The notes under the pieces: model-generated
Database searches by the model: none
What the model saw: the letters and a program-made list of their open reading frames with translations, nothing else
Told to the model about the DNA's origin: nothing
Position numbers and translations under genes: made by a program
Assembly: GCF_902459465.1 (NCBI RefSeq)
Contig: NC_047082.1
Coordinates: 8,246,001-8,310,000, forward strand
DNA length: 64,000 bases
Reading direction: 5' to 3'
From: Asterias rubens
Lineage: Eukaryota
In this document: positions 1 through 10,730 of the stretch, in pieces
How the letters are laid out: the number at the start of each line of letters is the position of its first letter
How positions within the stretch are numbered: position 1 is the first letter of the stretch

Positions 1-237
1 GTTGCGTTCAGGTACTGTTTGTGCTTAACGCAGCTCTACTAAATTAAACTCTTGTTGCAATTGTACAGTAATGTCTAAGAAGAAAATCTCTGCTAGGGTC
101 GAAACGTCAGGCCATTATCTATTTTTTGCATTTATACCATCGGTCCATTTGGTTGGTAAGTTGTTTGCAACAGCTAATTCTATTTTCTCTTATACTTTCA
201 GAAAATAAATCAGCAAAAAGAAAGAAAAAAAACTTAC

Positions 238-3200
238 CTTTCCCAGTTGATCAGAGCATTGGGACCCTCATCATAATCCTCCTAAAATATAAAATAATGG
301 ACACAGAAACAATTGATAAAAGCCCATAAGTTTAATGACATGCAGCAAAATTGAAGAAAAAAAAACATGGTTTATTATTTCCCATATGAAACAGAATTAA
401 TTTGACTGATATCGACTGATTGGACATGAAAAATTTACAAACATTATTGAAAACAAACAATGTAATGAACTTTAAAAAGACGGCCAATCCTGAACAAGAC
501 TCGGTCACTTTTGACCCTCTCTAGATCGTTCTTGGCTGCCTCTTGTTCTATTTTTTAGGAAAAACGCAGAAGCCACTCATCATGGAAAAACTAGAAAAGG
601 AAAACTTACAGCCAATCCTGAATGAGCTCGGACACGCTTGACCCCTTCTCGTTCTTTCTGGGCTGCTTCTCGTTGGACCCTTTGAAACTGATTAAGAGCC
701 GCTGTGAAGTCGCTGGTGAATCTTTCTTTCTGCATTCTCTGCTGTCTCTGTGAGCGATAAATGATAATAAATAATTATAAGTTCTTCAGCCCCACCAACC
801 AGGTTCTTATAGTAGATGATACACAAATGCCTTCATCCTTGCGGACAGTGAAGGGGGTTACCCTGTTTCAGCCCCAGAAGATGATGTAGTAATGTGCCCC
901 TGATGGCAGTTGATTCAGGTTGATAGCCCAAATCAGTAAAGTATTGCCTTGGCGATATCTCATAAAAAAACAAAAATAATAATAACAAATAATAATATTG
1001 TTACGTCATCGGTAACTTACCTGATCAGATGGAGAAATTGGAGGAGGGGCGGAGCTTAAATCCTTCAACATTCTATTGGTGTCCTTTGCCAACTGGTTGG
1101 TGTAATGCTGTACCTCATCACTGAAAATCAAATTTAAACAAAATAAAAAATAAAAAGTTTGCTTAAACAAATGCCTTTCCCGATCTTTCTCACATGCTGC
1201 CCGGCGCCTATGAAACAAATTGCCAGCGCTAATAAAATCATCTGGTGTCGATTTCACAAAGAGTTAGGACTAGTCCTAGGAGATATACACATTGCATGGA
1301 TAGTCCTAAGTTAGGACGAGTAACTCGTCCTAACTCGAGATAAGACTAGTCCTAACTCTTGGTGAAATCCACCCCAGTTTCTTTAACCAAATCAAGTATT
1401 TGAGTAAATAGTTTTTGTTTTACTTTTTTTTTTTTTTTTTTAGAAATTGTATTTTGTATTTCTCTACCATATGTACCACATGTTCTGTGTTCTGGATTTC
1501 ATCTTAGCTCAGAGTTTTTAGTTATTGTCCACGAACACTTACGGATTTATATGCGCTTTATAAGTTTTCATTATTAATGTTATATTCTTTAATATTAAGA
1601 GTGAGTACTGATCATCTACTCAAAGATATTTTTAAGCAAAAATGTTAAAACTTACAGCTTTGCTCGAAGGCTTTTATTATCGTCAGATGTGCCAAGTCTG
1701 GTTATTATTCTTTCAATTTCCCTCACTGGAAAAAAAGAGGAAAAACAGAAGAAAAAAATAACTACCAAAATAATAAATTTACAAAAACACAAATCGCAAC
1801 AATAACAAATCAAGTTTGCTGGTGCACTAGTAAAAGTTAAAGGAATACATCCTCCAGAGCCGAAGTCATATTCAGGCTTGTGTATGAAAATAAAACAAAA
1901 CAAAAACTGAATCAGTTGACTGCGGTTTTTACAACCAAAATTAAAGACAACGTATTTTGAACTTCCCTCTTGAAGGAGCACAGCAATTTTGCTCCGGTTA
2001 AAGGGGTACTTCCTTGAGGGAAATGTATGTCTTGGAACTTTGCAAAGGGCACCACAGTAAAAGCACAGGGCACCATGGCAAATGCTGAGAGTGCTGTGAA
2101 TTATTTTGCGACCTGCATACTTTTTTTGATCATCATTGGTAGATCAGATATTTGCAAAACTCTATATCTATTGTACAATTTGAGCAAATACTATCTATTT
2201 TGAACTCACCATTTTGAGATATTTTTTGTATGTTAGAACCTATACTCTGTGTCAACCTGTTGTAGTCTGCGGTGGAGCTGTTTCTGCCTGTTCAACAAAC
2301 CAAAAAATACAAAATAATAATAAAGAGGCTTCGTATATAAAGCGCTCATATCCATCACTCAGTGACGCTCAAGGCACTTTAACATTCAGTATTTTCCTGC
2401 AAGGTATGTAGGACTACGTTTGAATTATGAGACCTACTCCTTTCACACAGCACGATGGAATGGTTACAAGTTGCAGTGGCGTAATATGCAGCCATTCAAA
2501 CCAGGAACACTGGGGCGAACCCCATTAAGTGCACTGTGCATTACACAACACACACGATCAATGGCTTCACGTCTCATCCGAAGGACAAAGCATAATGGTT
2601 TTGAAAGTGTTTTGCTTATTGACACAGGTGTCACGACTGGGACTCGAACCCACACTCTGCTGATCACAAACACTAGATCTTGAGTTCGATACCCTAAACT
2701 AAGCTTGGGCGATATCACAACATTATCGAATATCGCGATATTAATTTGGAAACGATTTTGATATCGGATGGATTTGGTTTTAATCGAAATATCGCGATAT
2801 ATCGCGATATATCGCAGTAATCGCGATAATCGCGATATATCGCAATATCGATTAAATATCGCGATGTATTTGCTAGCTGAGACATCTTGCACCCCATAGG
2901 TTTGGAGTAAAAGCAGAAGAATAGGTCATTAGAACACCTCTCTTAAGCTATGACTGTCTCTTCTACAACTTTCACTTGGAGTTTGAAGACTGATGATGTC
3001 AAATTTCATTAATCGCGATTATATCGAATATCGCGATATATTGTCGGCGATATATCGTGAATAAAATAAATCGATATCGCCCAAGCTTACTCTAAACCAC
3101 TAGGCCATGACACACCACACGTGAACCACAATTGGACTGATGATTGGTATAGAGCTACAAGGAGTTATACAAAGGGAAAGATAAGCTGTAATTCAACAAA

Positions 3201-3605
3201 GTGTCATGCAGGGGTCCGTACAAAAATTAATGACAATTGAACATGAAAATAACAAACATTTAGTAGATGTAGATCATGCAGAGATGCAGAAAAAGACTAA
3301 AATACATTTGACAGTTAGCCAAAGATGAAAGAAAACAAGAACGTCAGCTGCTCAACTGACAAGGTGCATGTCTGAAATTGCAAACTGAGTTTCCTAAGAT
3401 TCTTCATTTTAGTTTTTCAACTAATTGTATTAGCTAACAACAATTAGTATAATGTTTGACATCACAAAACTTCTAAAGACAGTTAGCCCAAGGATTGTCT
3501 ACCTGCTGATCCAGATGAGTACGTGGAATAACCTCCATCATTGTACCCACCTCCACCTACTCCTCCTCCTCCAGTTCCTCCGAAGTCCCCCTTACCAAAC
3601 GACAT
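238..3605 (-). CDS. STX7/STX12: Syntaxin-7/12-like endosomal Qa-SNARE, 5' part (Habc region); gene continues beyond window start
   Basis: Exons 3605-3503, 2287-2210, 1725-1656, 1120-1021, 747-610 and 281-238 have GT-AG sites and consistent phases. They give MSFGKGDFGG...DYNRLTQSIGSNIQKISQNVREIERIITRLGTSDDNKSLRAKLDEVQHYTNQLAKDTNRMLKDLSS...RQQRMQKERFTSDFTAALNQFQRVQREAAQKERE...EDYDEGPNALINWE, matching recalled STX7/STX12 motifs (SNIQKI, TNQLAKET, RQQR.QKER). A probable non-coding exon donor lies at 4440. Confidence 0.92.
1247..1375. mobile_element. Short palindromic MITE (gatttcacaaagagttaggactagtc)
   Basis: Inverted termini. A related element lies at about 31580-31748. Confidence 0.65.
2420..3113 (-). 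mobile_element. tRNA-derived SINE interrupted by the hAT-like MITE
   Basis: On the minus strand, A box TGGCCTAGTGG (3107-3097) and B box GGGTTCGAGTCCC (2651-2639). Related heads or cores occur at about 60840-60960, 41765-41880 and 18530-18590. Confidence 0.65.
2700..3089. mobile_element. hAT-like MITE, 390 bp
   Basis: Perfect 17-bp TIR (taagcttgggcgatatc / gatatcgcccaagctta) and a near-perfect 8-bp TSD (ccctaaac / ctctaaac). The interior is rich in atatcgcg palindromes. Confidence 0.8.
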
Positions 3606-5116
3606 CTTCTCTCTCTCTCTCTCTCGCTGCCTTCTTCAAGAAAGATTCCTTCGACGCTGATTGGGGTTAATAACTTGCGATGGTCCAACTTCAGGATTGG
3701 TCCAATGTATCTTTTTCTCTTTGCCGCTTGACTAAAAGGTCATCCTAGGTCGTCATGATTTGAATCGAGATTTGAAAACTGCAAACTGAAAGAAACGAAA
3801 CAAATTTTGTCAATTATCAGGGCACGATTTTGCGGGGAACACCAACAAGAAATGTTGACAATCACTGGCCTCGGACCCTGACCACGGATCACATTACATG
3901 TAAATCAAAGCGTATGACACTGATGAGAAGAAGTTTTAATTTTGGTTGATTTTTTTAACATGGATGGAGGAAGAAATAGAAATGTGAACATGATCATGAT
4001 CAAGTGTACTCACTGTTACATGTTTAGTGTATGCATGGAGGTAGGGGTGTATGTAAGATTTGTTTTACTTGTGACAAGGCCAGGTATGGTATTAATTAGT
4101 TCTTGAAGTTAACAGTGCACACACCCGACCCCAGGTGAGAGGAAGTACGTGAGGGATCGATGACGTCATGTCACAAAAATCCGCATTGTTGTTTTGTGGC
4201 CACAGTCACACTGTTCTCTGACTCAGTCACTTGATGATGATCGTGACTTGTCGAAATAATATGTCAAATTCAACACCCAGAATTTCGGCGACCCAGTCAA
4301 TACAATATTCTCATTTTATTTCACTGGAAAACTTGCCCAGTGGTTCAGACGATGACACAATAGTTTACCAAATAAAAATCCGATCTTTGAAGATCACCTT
4401 AGAAAGGTAATTATAACGACCAGATAGAAAACAACTTACCGTACACGCAGGAGTGGGAGTGTTTGCACAATAAAATCTGTACAGATCTCTGACGAAAGAG
4501 GGCGCCCTAAAGATCATTTAATTCATAACTCTTGAGGGCCCCTTGGAGAGTTCGAGATGTTCCTGTTTACTTCTTCTGCAAGTTCTCATGGTTTTGCCGT
4601 TCTCTGGAGTACCATGGTCTCTGGAGTCTGGTTCGTTTCAATTTCTACATTCAATGGATTGAGTATGTCAAATACCATTTTCTACCAAAAGAATATTGTC
4701 ATTATTTGTAACTTAAATTAAATCGGTTCATTCATCATAAAACTGCTATTAATTATCAACACGGACCAGATCAACTCGAGTCAAACCGTAGGGAAACCAA
4801 ACTCTCAGTCTCACTAGAAAATCTTCAACAATTTCGTTCACCCACCCTTCAACCAATAAGGACTGTTACAAATTGTCCTTTGTTCCAAGATCACTTGTTG
4901 AATGGAAAAGAGAAACTCCTTCAATAGACTCATTCAAGACGAGGCTAGATAAAATCCAAAAAACCACTTTCATAAGCCAAGGGGAGCTCACCACGTTTTG
5001 TAGAGATACGTATATCTATATTATAGATAAATCATGACATATTTTTCCTAAAAAGTTAATAAAAAGTGTAGGCCTATTACTATACCAATTAATTATTAAT
5101 TAAAAAAAAGGAAAAG

Positions 5117-5224
5117 TTTCCGTATGGCGCCACCACTTTTTCATTCGATATGAAATAATATAGTATCTAATTTACCTCAATGAGATATCCCTTTTTGTAA
5201 AAAGGTGGTGGCGCCATACGGAAA
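5117..5224. mobile_element. About 110-bp MITE
   Basis: 19-bp perfect inverted repeat tttccgtatggcgccacca / tggtggcgccatacggaaa. Confidence 0.65.
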
Positions 5225-5613
5225 GTTATCCCCCCAAAAAAATAATAGTTTCAGCGTGTCTTTATGAATGAGTTGATTGTGCTTACACTTGTATTGTAAC
5301 TTGTTCCAACGAACTTGGAGAAAAAATCGGTCGTCCATAACTACACAAGTAGCCAGTACTACTACCAGTACTTGTCTGTTGTCAATTGTAATTGTATCAC
5401 TTCTTTATAAATTTATTGATCATTCATTAACTTTTGATTGACAAATAATTTGATACTAATTTAGTAACTGCTAATCATTGAACTGCCGTTTAGGTTGGAC
5501 TGGACGTCAATGTGTCAACTTGGAATCATCGCTGTGGCAGAGGTACGTCCATCTTGTCATCTGTCGCCCTCGTGAGATTATGATTAGAACTGAAGATTAA
5601 ACCCATCAGTGCA

Positions 5614-6208
5614 ATGTCGGAACAGCGACTTGGGCATCAGATGCCGGATGGGACCATGAGGTTTGTCAGCGCTTCACGTCGGCGTTGCTGCTCATGGGTC
5701 TTGGTCGGCTGTGGTAGTGTGCTGTTGCTGATAGGTGTTACTCTCTTTGTGTTTGGTTTGGCACCGAGTGGTCGTGCCTTGTGGAGTCAAATAAAATGGC
5801 TCGGTGTTGCATGCGGAGGTGAGTTGAAACTTCAGAACTTTATCATCAAAATCTTGGCTCTTTATAGTCGTTTGTGAACGCTCCTAACGCTTTCATTTCT
5901 TTACCCCTTTCTGAATTTGTTCTTGTATAAAAAAGAGCTAAGACTGAATGACAATTGAACTGTTGTTAAAATTGCATCTCTGTAGTGAAGAGCATTTTGG
6001 TTTCATAGACAGTGGCAAATACAAAGTCAGAGGGTGGGAAGGTGAGGGGCTTAAGCTGAGAGCTCTTGCCCCTCTCACCCAATCCCCCTCCCCCCTAAAA
6101 AAAACCTCCAAACCACCCCCAAACTAAAACATGAGATTGAAAAAATGACCAATTGATGACTTCAAGTTCATCAAATAGCCCCATGTCTTTTCCCCCACTT
6201 CCCCCCCC

Positions 6209-6239
<31 letters not shown>

Positions 6240-6875
6240 AACATGTGTGGTCACATTCTTCCTTTAGAGTAATGATACTTTTTCTGTCAACAGGGACTTT
6301 TCTGTATGGTTCAAAAACTAAAATAAAAAACTAAAATATGATGTGTAAATTTATGTTGCAATACACTTTGTTGTTTTGACCCTCAGTTATTGGACTGGTT
6401 CTGCTGGTTGGATCTGTAGTGTTATACTTCAAAGCTACTGGAACCAAGGATGCCAGACAGTATCCAGTGGAAAGGGTTCATTCAAAAAGAATAGGCAAGT
6501 CAAATAATGTTACTCTGCTTGCTTGCTTGCTTAAAAGGCACTGGACACTACTGGTAATTACTCAAAATAATTGTTCGCATAAAAAGCTACTTTAGACGAG
6601 CAAGGGAGAGCTATTGATAGTTGTGTATAATACATCAATTGAGAAAACTGGTCTTTGACAATTGCCTTTAGAGGCACAGTATAGATTGATAACTATTCAA
6701 AAATTGTTGACAACAAAAACTTACCATTAGGGAAGCACTGCTGCTGTTGACAGGGAAACAAATGAACTTTATCTGCTTTTGTCCTCCAATAGGTGAGCAC
6801 AGAAAGTCCACTTCAAGCAACAAACATAAAGAGAGTGTCAACAGACGTCAGGAGACGGTCAACAGCTGTAATTAG
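5614..6875 (+). CDS. Small (about 131 aa) two-pass transmembrane protein of unknown family
   Basis: Exons 5614-5818 (G|GTGAGT), 6387-6494 (AG|GCAAGT, GC donor) and 6793-6875 (stop), all phase 1. Two hydrophobic segments (VLVGCGSVLLLIGVTLFVFGL and WLGVACGVIGLVLLVGSVVLYF) are separated by a short loop and followed by a basic tail. Exon 3 is the least certain. Confidence 0.55.
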
Positions 6876-7921
6876 AGTGTCAACGCCGTCAATAGACTGT
6901 CAAGGGTCGTCCAGAGAGTGTCAACGGCCGTCAAGAGATTGTCAACAGCCGTCAAGAGAGTTTAAACAGACATCAAGAGACTGTCAAAGGGTCATTCTTT
7001 CTGGTAATTTTCAGACCATCTTCAGGGGATTCCGATATCTTTTTCTACAGTCCTACCCATAAAGGAGACGATTAAGAGCTGTAATGCATTGATTGAGATG
7101 TGTGCCTTTTTAACTGTTTATTTGCAGAAATGTTTGATTACAAGACGTTTTAAAAAGAAACTATTTATGACCTTCCTTAAGGCCTTGTACTCAACAGTAC
7201 CTATCCTACATCTTACAAGAGTCCAGTACCTATCCTACATCTTACAAGGGTCCAAATGTTATGCCTCAAAGGCACTGGACACTATTGGTAATTATTCAAA
7301 ATGGTTGTTAGCATAAAATATTACGTGGTAACGAGCAATGGAGAGCTGTTGATAGTATAAAACACTGTGAGAAATGGCTTCCTCTGAAATGTAGTCTTTT
7401 AGAGAGAGGTAATTTCAGCTGAAAACCTTCTTTCATTAATCTCTTGCAGATTCGATTTTATTTTATGCATACGCTGGGATACACCAAATGAGAGTACATG
7501 TACTGGTCTTGACAATTACGAAAGGTGTCCCGACCAGTGCCTTTAAGTAAAATCAAAGGTTCCTTATTGATATTGTTATCTTATAATTGCCTTCGTTCAT
7601 TAATGAAATAATATATTTTTTCATCGGGTGATGTATTTTTGTAAAAGATATTTATATTTGTATACACATTAATATTTATGTTATACTACAGATCGCCAAG
7701 AGTAACAATACATTATTCTGTATTCTTGTAAGATTCGATGCTGTTTTGTTGTACCCCATTTTAATAAAAGATCACTGAAGTCTTTCCAAATTTTGTTTGG
7801 TTTCCAACTTTTTGTCTGCAGTTTTGTTTGTAAAAGCTGGAGTTAGAACATAAGTTCATGGTGCACCATCAAAACTGTAGTCGAATAAATTGCTCTATTC
7901 TTGCCTGGTCAGTCGCGAAAA

Positions 7922-9920
7922 CTGTGTCCTCGAGCAAGACACTTTATCCCTTTATCATAAATGCTTCTCTCCACACAGGAGTACAATAGGGTACTAGCAA
8001 GGCACTTTATTGGGTTTCAGCTAGGCATTGGAGCTATGCGCTTTTTCATAAATGGTTCTCTCCACACAGGAGTACAATCGGGTACTAGCAAGGCACTTTA
8101 TTGGGTTTCAGCAAGGCATTGGAGCAAGTCACTTTATCATTAATGCTTCTCTCCACACAGGATTACAATAGGGTACTAGCAAGGCACTTTTTGGTTACCA
8201 GCAAGGCACTCGAGCAAGACACTTTATCATAAATGCTTCTCTCCACACAGGAGTACAATAGGATACTAGCAAGGCACTTTTTGGTTACCAGCAAGGCATT
8301 CGAGCAAGTCACTTTATCATAAATGCTTCTCTCCGCACAAGAGTACAATAGGGTACTAGCAAGGCACTTTTTGGTTACCAACAAGGCACTCGAGCAAGAC
8401 ACTTTATCATAAATGCTTCTCTCCACACAGGAGTACAATTGGGTACTAGCAAGGCACTTTATTGGGTTTCAGCAAGGCATTGGAGCTATGCGCTTTTCAT
8501 AAATGCTTCTCTCCACACAGGAGTACAATAGGGTATTAGCAAGGCACTTTATTGGGTTTCAGCAAGGCATTGGAGCTATGCGCTTTTTCATAAATGCTTC
8601 TCTCCACACAGGAGTACAATAGGGTACCAGCAAGGCACTTTATTGGGTTTCAGCAAGGCATTGGAGCTATGCGCTTTTTCATAATGCTTCTCTCCGCACA
8701 GGAGTACAATTGGGTACTAGCAAGGCACTTTATTGGTTTCAGCAAGGCATTCGGAGCTATGCTTTTCATAAATGCTTCTCTCCACACAGGAGTACAATAG
8801 GGTACTAGCAAGGCACTTTATTGGGTTTCAGCAAGGCATTGGAGCTATGCGCTTTATCATAAATGCTTCTCTCCGCACAAGAGTACAATAGGGTACTAGC
8901 AAGGCACTTTTTGGTTACCAACAAGGCACTCGAGCAAGACACTTTATCATAAATGCTTCTCTCCACACAGGAGTACAATTGGGTACTAGCAAGGCACTTT
9001 ATTGGGTTTCAGCAAGGCATTGGAGCTATGCGCTTTTCATAAATGCTTCTCTCCACACAGGAGTACAATAGGGTATTAGCAAGGCACTTTATTGGGTTTC
9101 AGCAAGGCATTGGAGCTATGCGCTTTTTCATAAATGCTTCTCTCCACACAGGAGTACAATAGGGTACCAGCAAGGCACTTTATTGGGTTTCAGCAAGGCA
9201 TTGGAGCTATGCGCTTTTTCATAAATGCTTCTCTCCGCACAGGAGTACAATTGGGTACTAGCAAGGCACTTTATTGGGTTTCAGCAAGGCATTGGAGCTA
9301 TGCGCTTTTTCATAAATGCTTCTCTCCACACAGGAGTACAATAGGGTACCAGCAAGGCACTTTATTGGGTTTCAGCAAGGCATTGGAGCTATGCGCTTTT
9401 TCATAAATGCTTCTCTCCGCACAGGAGTACAATAGGGTATTAGCAAGGCACTTTATTGGGTTTCAGCAAGGCATTGGAGCTATGCGCTTTTTCATAAATG
9501 CTAGGGTATTAGCAAGGCACTTTATTGGGTTTCAGCAAGGCATTGGAGCTATGCGCTTTTTCATAAATGCTTCTCTCCACACAGGAGTACAATAGGGTAT
9601 TAGCAAGGCACTTTATTGGGTTTCAGCAAGGCATTGGAGCTATGCGCTTTTTCATAAATGCTTCTCTCCACACAGGAGTACAATAGGGTACCAGCAAGGC
9701 ACTTTATTGGGTTTCAGCAAGGCATTGGAGCTATGCGCTTTTTCATAAATGCTTCTCTCCGCACAGGAGTACAATTGGGTACTAGCAAGGCACTTTATTG
9801 GGTTTCAGCAAGGCATTGGAGCAAGTCACTTTATCATAAATGCTTCTCTCCGCACAGGAGTACAACATAGCGAGTAGTGAGAGTAACGTGCGATGGACTG
9901 GCATCCTGTGCAGGGGGAAT
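7922..9920 (+). repeat. About 22 x 90 bp tandem satellite embedded in SINE-like sequence
   Basis: Unit aaatgcttctctccacacaggagtacaatagggtactagcaaggcacttt... occurs in two variants, with a near-identical block repeated at 540 bp spacing (8321 vs 8861). Confidence 0.9.
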
Positions 9921-10261
9921 AAAAATATTCTCAATCTTTTAATGCCAATGAAAACGAATATCAACTGTATCATGACCATATTATTTTTATAGCCTACCCC
10001 TGATACAGTTTATTTCTGTTCTGGCGGATTACGTGTAATAAACCAACCAGACAACAATCTATGATAACCAAATAAATAATTCCAACCTTGGTAATAGATA
10101 TGACCAAATCTCCAAACAATGTCAATAAATCCACAGAGATAGTGTCCAGGTTGGCTTACAGAGAACTACACTTATTTGGTTAATTCTTTGATATTATGTT
10201 GTTGGAAATGAGACGTCACATAATTGTTCGTGCAATCCTGCCTGCTTATTAACTGCTACAG

Positions 10262-10409
10262 GGGCGGAAGGTAGAAAATAGGCCGGAACGACTACTGTAG
10301 CTGTAGTGGACAGGGGAGACCTCTCGTTATAAACTTCGATCACTACCGCGGAGTGAGTTCTCATCCGGACTCAACGTTTCGAGCTTGCTCTAGTCATCGT
10401 CAGGAGACT
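10262..10409 (-). mobile_element. Second Penelope-like terminus with degenerate hammerhead-like core
   Basis: Minus strand reads agtctc-CTGACGA-tgactagagcaagctc-GAAA-CGTT-gagtcc. Stem II has lost 3 nt relative to the copy near 59100. Confidence 0.5.
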
Positions 10410-10730
10410 TGGTGGTCGGTGTTCTCCAACAATCAGTAGGTCTACATGCCTACTCTGGCATCACGCGATAATGTAGGGTAACGATTGGTATCTACTTGCC
10501 AGGTACATTGAGTTCTTTTAAGAGCTTGTCTGGATTACTGAGTGTTTGAAATCTTCAAAATAATCTCAGTTATTTGAACTCGATTGCCAAACTATGAATT
10601 CAAATCGTAGAAAAGTGTAACCGTTTCCAGTTGATTTGGCAAGGCCGTAGTGTTGGAGCTCCTGTGATGGAAACGGGTTAGTGTTAATGAGATGACGACA
10701 CTTCACTTTGACTTGGTTTAGGTTTTCAAG

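Noticed and set aside
73-112. Hammerhead-like GAAACGTC motif on the plus strand
   Set aside because: The CUGANGA box is broken (CTAAGA) and there is no convincing stem II.
2464-2897. ORFs rich in RYIAI/DIS
   Set aside because: They are translations of the palindromic MITE interior and the SINE.
7961-9870. Multiple ORFs in the 90-bp array, and its superficial CRISPR-like periodicity
   Set aside because: The units are contiguous with no unique spacers, the context is eukaryotic, and the ORFs are repeat translations.
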